Shown here: positions 36,720 through 40,000 of the stretch, one piece after another
Layout of the letters: each line of letters begins with the position of its first letter
How positions within the stretch are numbered: the stretch's first letter is position 1
Source of the DNA: Pseudomonas phage vB_PaeM_PS119XW
Sequence record: MN103543.1
Direction: 5' to 3' (one strand)
DNA length: 40,000 nt
Notes under the pieces: model-generated
Told to the model about the DNA's origin: nothing
Seen by the model: only the letters and a program-made list of their open reading frames with translations
Database searches by the model: none
Position numbers and translations under genes: made by a program

Positions 36720-36754
36720 AACTGTGAATATACACCCACATAAAGGACAATGTA

Positions 36755-36949
36755 ATGGCTATTATCACCAATGTATTTGCTTTCGCTATCATCACTCTGT
36801 TCATCGTCTTTTTCCTGAAACAGGGACTTGCGGTCATGGGTGTCAAAACGAACCACCTGCCGATTAAACTGGCTAAAGCTTTCAATGCATCTGGTCCTTT
36901 GGCAGCAATCCTTCTTGCCGTATACTTGATCATGGCAACCTTTTTATAA
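36755..36949 (+). CDS. small membrane protein
   Basis: ORF, hydrophobic segments. Confidence 0.7.
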   Translation: MAIITNVFAFAIITLFIVFFLKQGLAVMGVKTNHLPIKLAKAFNASGPLAAILLAVYLIMATFL

Positions 36950-36969
36950 CATCTTTCTGAGTTGATACC

Positions 36970-37158
36970 ATGGGATGGATTGTACTGATACTCACCTTCT
37001 TCGCTTCTCTTACGGTTGGAGGTGTAATGACTTTCTATGGCTTGGTAGCTAGTAGTAAAACCTTTTCAGATAGAATCTCTATGGTTCTATTTGGCGTAGT
37101 TATTATTGCTATCACCGGCTATAGTGGATATCATTTATTCGACATGCTTCCAAAATAG
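36970..37158 (+). CDS. small membrane protein
   Basis: ORF, two hydrophobic segments. Confidence 0.7.
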   Translation: MGWIVLILTFFASLTVGGVMTFYGLVASSKTFSDRISMVLFGVVIIAITGYSGYHLFDMLPK

Positions 37159-37166
37159 GAGTTAAC

Positions 37167-37427
37167 ATGGATTTGATGTTTACTAACCCAATAGCGTTTA
37201 TTTACGGGACACTTAGCTTTCCTGGACTACTGTTCATGACTGGCTATGCTGTATCGTGGTTGTTCGTAATGGGTGTATGCAAGTGGCTTCCTAATTGGAA
37301 GTACCTCTGCATGTTCCTCTGCGTCAGTTGGGCAATTAGCTTTGCGATTTATCTAGTAATGATCATTACGGCCCTGGTTAGCGTGTATACCCCTCTCCAG
37401 TTACCGCCGTGGACGCTCATGAACTAA
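37167..37427 (+). CDS. small membrane protein
   Basis: ORF, hydrophobic segments. Confidence 0.7.
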   Translation: MDLMFTNPIAFIYGTLSFPGLLFMTGYAVSWLFVMGVCKWLPNWKYLCMFLCVSWAISFAIYLVMIITALVSVYTPLQLPPWTLMN

Positions 37428-37440
37428 CAAGGAGTTAATC

Positions 37441-37680
37441 ATGGAAACCATCATGCTGATCTGGTGGATCTCTATTTCGATTATCGCTGGGTCCCTGTTC
37501 GTAGCAAAACTGGTAAAAGATAACGATGATGTTCGTCGAACTCGTTTACCAAAGAAAGATATCATCATGCTCGACCGCATTAATATGATTTGCACTGCTC
37601 TCATATGGGGAGCTGCTATCGTAGCGCTGATCACTCTCTTCTTGGGTGGTCTTTTCATGATGATTGAAGCACAAGTGTAA
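37441..37680 (+). CDS. small membrane protein
   Basis: ORF, two hydrophobic segments. Confidence 0.7.
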   Translation: METIMLIWWISISIIAGSLFVAKLVKDNDDVRRTRLPKKDIIMLDRINMICTALIWGAAIVALITLFLGGLFMMIEAQV

Positions 37681-37684
37681 GACG

Positions 37685-37728
37685 GCATAAAGCTCCTACC
37701 TTCGGGTAGGAGCTATGCTTTATTTTTT
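37685..37728. terminator. bidirectional terminator between convergent genes
   Basis: GCATAAAGCTCCTACC-TTCG-GGTAGGAGCTATGC then TTTATTTTTTTTATTTT. Confidence 0.85.
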
Positions 37729-38151
37729 TTATTTTAATCCAAGATCTTTCTCGATTTGTCTAGCTTGCGATGTACTTTGAATAGCCTTCGACTCTGCAAG
37801 TTCAATCATGAACAAACAATCATTAAAGGGTAGTTCAAAGAACTCTAGTAAAGATAAACCATAAATGTCATTGATCTTGTAATTGACAAACTTCCGTATC
37901 CAAGTTCTTTCAGGTCCACCTTCTACGACGTTTTCCTTAGGATGCATTCTAACCAGATCTAAAGGATCAGCCTCTGGTGAATCATGATCGAAAATACCGT
38001 AGTCTTTATGGTAGGCCTTCCTGGTCAACATTTCGGCAATAGCTGGCCTTACGGCATCTAGCGTTCGCACGAGTTCATCGAATGCACTCTTACCATTAAC
38101 AGTCTTGCGACCGAAAGAGTTCATTGTAACGTGCCCGTTGTCGTCCTCCAA
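37729..38151 (-). CDS. hypothetical protein
   Basis: ORF. Confidence 0.75.
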   Translation of the reverse strand: MEDDNGHVTMNSFGRKTVNGKSAFDELVRTLDAVRPAIAEMLTRKAYHKDYGIFDHDSPEADPLDLVRMHPKENVVEGGPERTWIRKFVNYKINDIYGLSLLEFFELPFNDCLFMIELAESKAIQSTSQARQIEKDLGLK

Positions 38152-38189
38152 ATTAATTGTTAGACGACTATGCCGGGGGTCCTCGTTGA

Positions 38190-39791
38190 TTACTCCAGGT
38201 GCTTGGCTTTCTGGCCCGCCAACGTGAAAAATATTGCCATCATGTCTAGCGGTACAAGGTGCGGGAAACGTTCGTTGAATGCTTGGCCCTGAGGACCTTT
38301 ACATTCTTTGCAGTTATGCGATGGAAGAGCTACCACAGCCAGTACACAAGAGTTAGTATACTCATGTACGGTATCAAAGAACTGTTCCGCGTACTGCGGA
38401 TCACTCAGAGTGTTCGCCAGATAATCACTAATGATTTCCTGATCGTCGGAAAGCAGTTGATCTTCGAAGTCTTCTACATCGTCGTCCTTTTCATAGATAC
38501 CATCTACCCAATGAGCATACTGCATGGCGATAGTAGCTTTACTCAGTTTATCAATGTACGCTGAACGTTGAACACCATGTGGCGGTTCGTTAAATGTACC
38601 TTGAGACATTTCGATCAATGTCTGAGACCACTGAGAAGCAGCCATCTTACGTTGAGCGATAGTCGGGATAGCAAGACGAACACCAATATCACCAAACCAG
38701 AATACTTTCTTACCGCCAATACCGAAACCTTCACGGTAAGCTTTGAAGTCTTCATCCGTAGCGGGTGCAAATTTCTTAGCGATAAATTTACGCTGATCAT
38801 TACTGAATACAGTGTTGTCAAACCAAACGATAGACGACATGTTAAGTTTTGCAGTGATACGAGCCGTACAGTTGTCCGGGTCTGCAATACATGGAACGTC
38901 GTAGTTGAATCCATCAATGTACATTGTAGAAGCTAGGGCATGATGCAGGATAGCTTCATCAAAGATCGATAGTTCATGTTCCAGGTCACTTGGAGTAATG
39001 AAGGACTTGTTCGATGCAATAACACAAGACAGAGCCAGGTCAGTCATCGCGTTCATCATTACGGAACCAGCGTTAGAGAACGACATGCCTTTGGTTTGCA
39101 TTCCCAGCCGCAGCTTGATCTGCTGCATTTCTGTTTGCAATGCGACTACTTCAGTAAGTGTCGGAGCACGCAGGCGAAGCCAGATACCCGAACGAGGCAT
39201 AAACGTTTCGTATGTCGCACCAAGACCAGATTTCTTGGAGAGGTATGCCAACAGTTCTTCTTTACTGTGTCGTTTATTACGATCGATCTTTTGAGAAGGG
39301 CGGCCTGGTCGAATAAGGTTACCGTTATCATGACCAGTAATACCTTGTTGCCATACAGAACCTTCACGTTCCGTCCCACCGATAGGAGTGGGGTCAAGGT
39401 TAGTATGGTTCATACCAGCTACTAGAGAAATCAACCAATCTCGGTCACTGCTAGTAGTAGTGAGATCACCTTGGTGCATTCCATTCAATAGCGCCGAGTG
39501 ACGTTCCAATACCTGGTTAAAGGTCTTGGGGTTTTCTAGAATGAAACTCATCAAAGAGGTCATACCAGGAATAGCTTCACTAGAACAAGAACGTGTCTCA
39601 GTGAAGTTAACTGGTTTCTGGTCAATTACCAGAGGAGGTAGTTCAACAGCAGGCGAAGAAGATACTTCTTCCGCAGATGCGTCCGGTAGAGTGGGACCCG
39701 TGGGCCCCTGTTCTACTTCTGCATCAGCTTGCTGTTCCCAATTACCCTCAGCAGGATAATTGTCTTCTTTATCCATATCAAGCTCTTGCAT
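38190..39791 (-). CDS. hypothetical protein, 533 aa, possibly structural, with SHNCKECKGP zinc-like motif
   Basis: Long ORF. Confidence 0.85.
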   Translation of the reverse strand: MQELDMDKEDNYPAEGNWEQQADAEVEQGPTGPTLPDASAEEVSSSPAVELPPLVIDQKPVNFTETRSCSSEAIPGMTSLMSFILENPKTFNQVLERHSALLNGMHQGDLTTTSSDRDWLISLVAGMNHTNLDPTPIGGTEREGSVWQQGITGHDNGNLIRPGRPSQKIDRNKRHSKEELLAYLSKKSGLGATYETFMPRSGIWLRLRAPTLTEVVALQTEMQQIKLRLGMQTKGMSFSNAGSVMMNAMTDLALSCVIASNKSFITPSDLEHELSIFDEAILHHALASTMYIDGFNYDVPCIADPDNCTARITAKLNMSSIVWFDNTVFSNDQRKFIAKKFAPATDEDFKAYREGFGIGGKKVFWFGDIGVRLAIPTIAQRKMAASQWSQTLIEMSQGTFNEPPHGVQRSAYIDKLSKATIAMQYAHWVDGIYEKDDDVEDFEDQLLSDDQEIISDYLANTLSDPQYAEQFFDTVHEYTNSCVLAVVALPSHNCKECKGPQGQAFNERFPHLVPLDMMAIFFTLAGQKAKHLE

Positions 39792-39802
39792 TTTGTATTA
39801 CC

Positions 39803-40000
39803 TTATTTCACGAAGGAAACAGTATCAACACCAGCTTCTTGCATCTTAGCAATGAGACCCATCAGCAGTGGTTGAACAGCTGTTTCTACTTTATGTTGGA
39901 GATTTGCGTAACCCAAAGTCAGCTTACCGATTTGATCGAGATCAGCCAGATCAGGTGTACCAGTTTTGTTTACGTGAAGAATACTAAGAGCTTCCAGAGC
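39803..40000 (-). CDS. hypothetical protein, C-terminal end of a gene running out of the window
   Basis: Minus-strand open frame ...LEALSILHVNKTGTPDLADLDQIGKLTLGYANLQHKVETAVQPLLMGLIAKMQEAGVDTVSFVK*. Confidence 0.75.
   Translation of the reverse strand, partial: ALEALSILHVNKTGTPDLADLDQIGKLTLGYANLQHKVETAVQPLLMGLIAKMQEAGVDTVSFVK

Noticed and set aside
1-40000. CRISPR arrays, tRNA genes, IS elements
   Set aside because: No regularly spaced direct repeats, cloverleaf with TTCNANNC-type arms, transposase ORF or terminal inverted repeats were recognised by eye; a tRNAscan-SE run would be decisive for tRNAs.

Overview
This 40 kb window comes from a phiKZ-like (probably nucleus-forming, Chimalliviridae-type) jumbo phage. 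Recognisable genes: a family-B DNA polymerase C-terminal-type fragment (8453-10603); an abundant-protein gene of 621 aa that fits a phage-nucleus shell (ChmA-like) protein better than a capsid protein (15588-17453, tentative); three fragments of a phage multisubunit RNA polymerase (beta' N-part 17845-19673, beta C-part 30372-32483, beta' C-part 32510-34483); an SbcD/Mre11-like metallophosphoesterase; an SSB-like protein ending in DDSIPDF; an SF2 helicase; a kelch protein; and a run of small membrane proteins. The strongest non-ORF signals are: (1) a 362-nt group I intron without an endonuclease ORF, inserted inside the catalytic NADFDGD|Q motif of the RNAP beta' gene, with splice sites predictable to the base (19104/19105 and 19466/19467); (2) a canonical -1 slippery heptamer G GGA AAA inside the Walker A motif of the SF2 helicase, which would fuse two ORFs; (3) a ~350-nt intergenic stretch between the ChmA-like gene and the RNAP gene, rich in perfect helices and ending in a terminator, which looks like an undescribed structured ncRNA; (4) a second structured element upstream of the same gene. 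A recurring TATATNAC-like promoter motif and a family of bidirectional terminators are also visible. No tRNA, rRNA or CRISPR was recognised. All product names come from motif reading and gene order; no database search was run.
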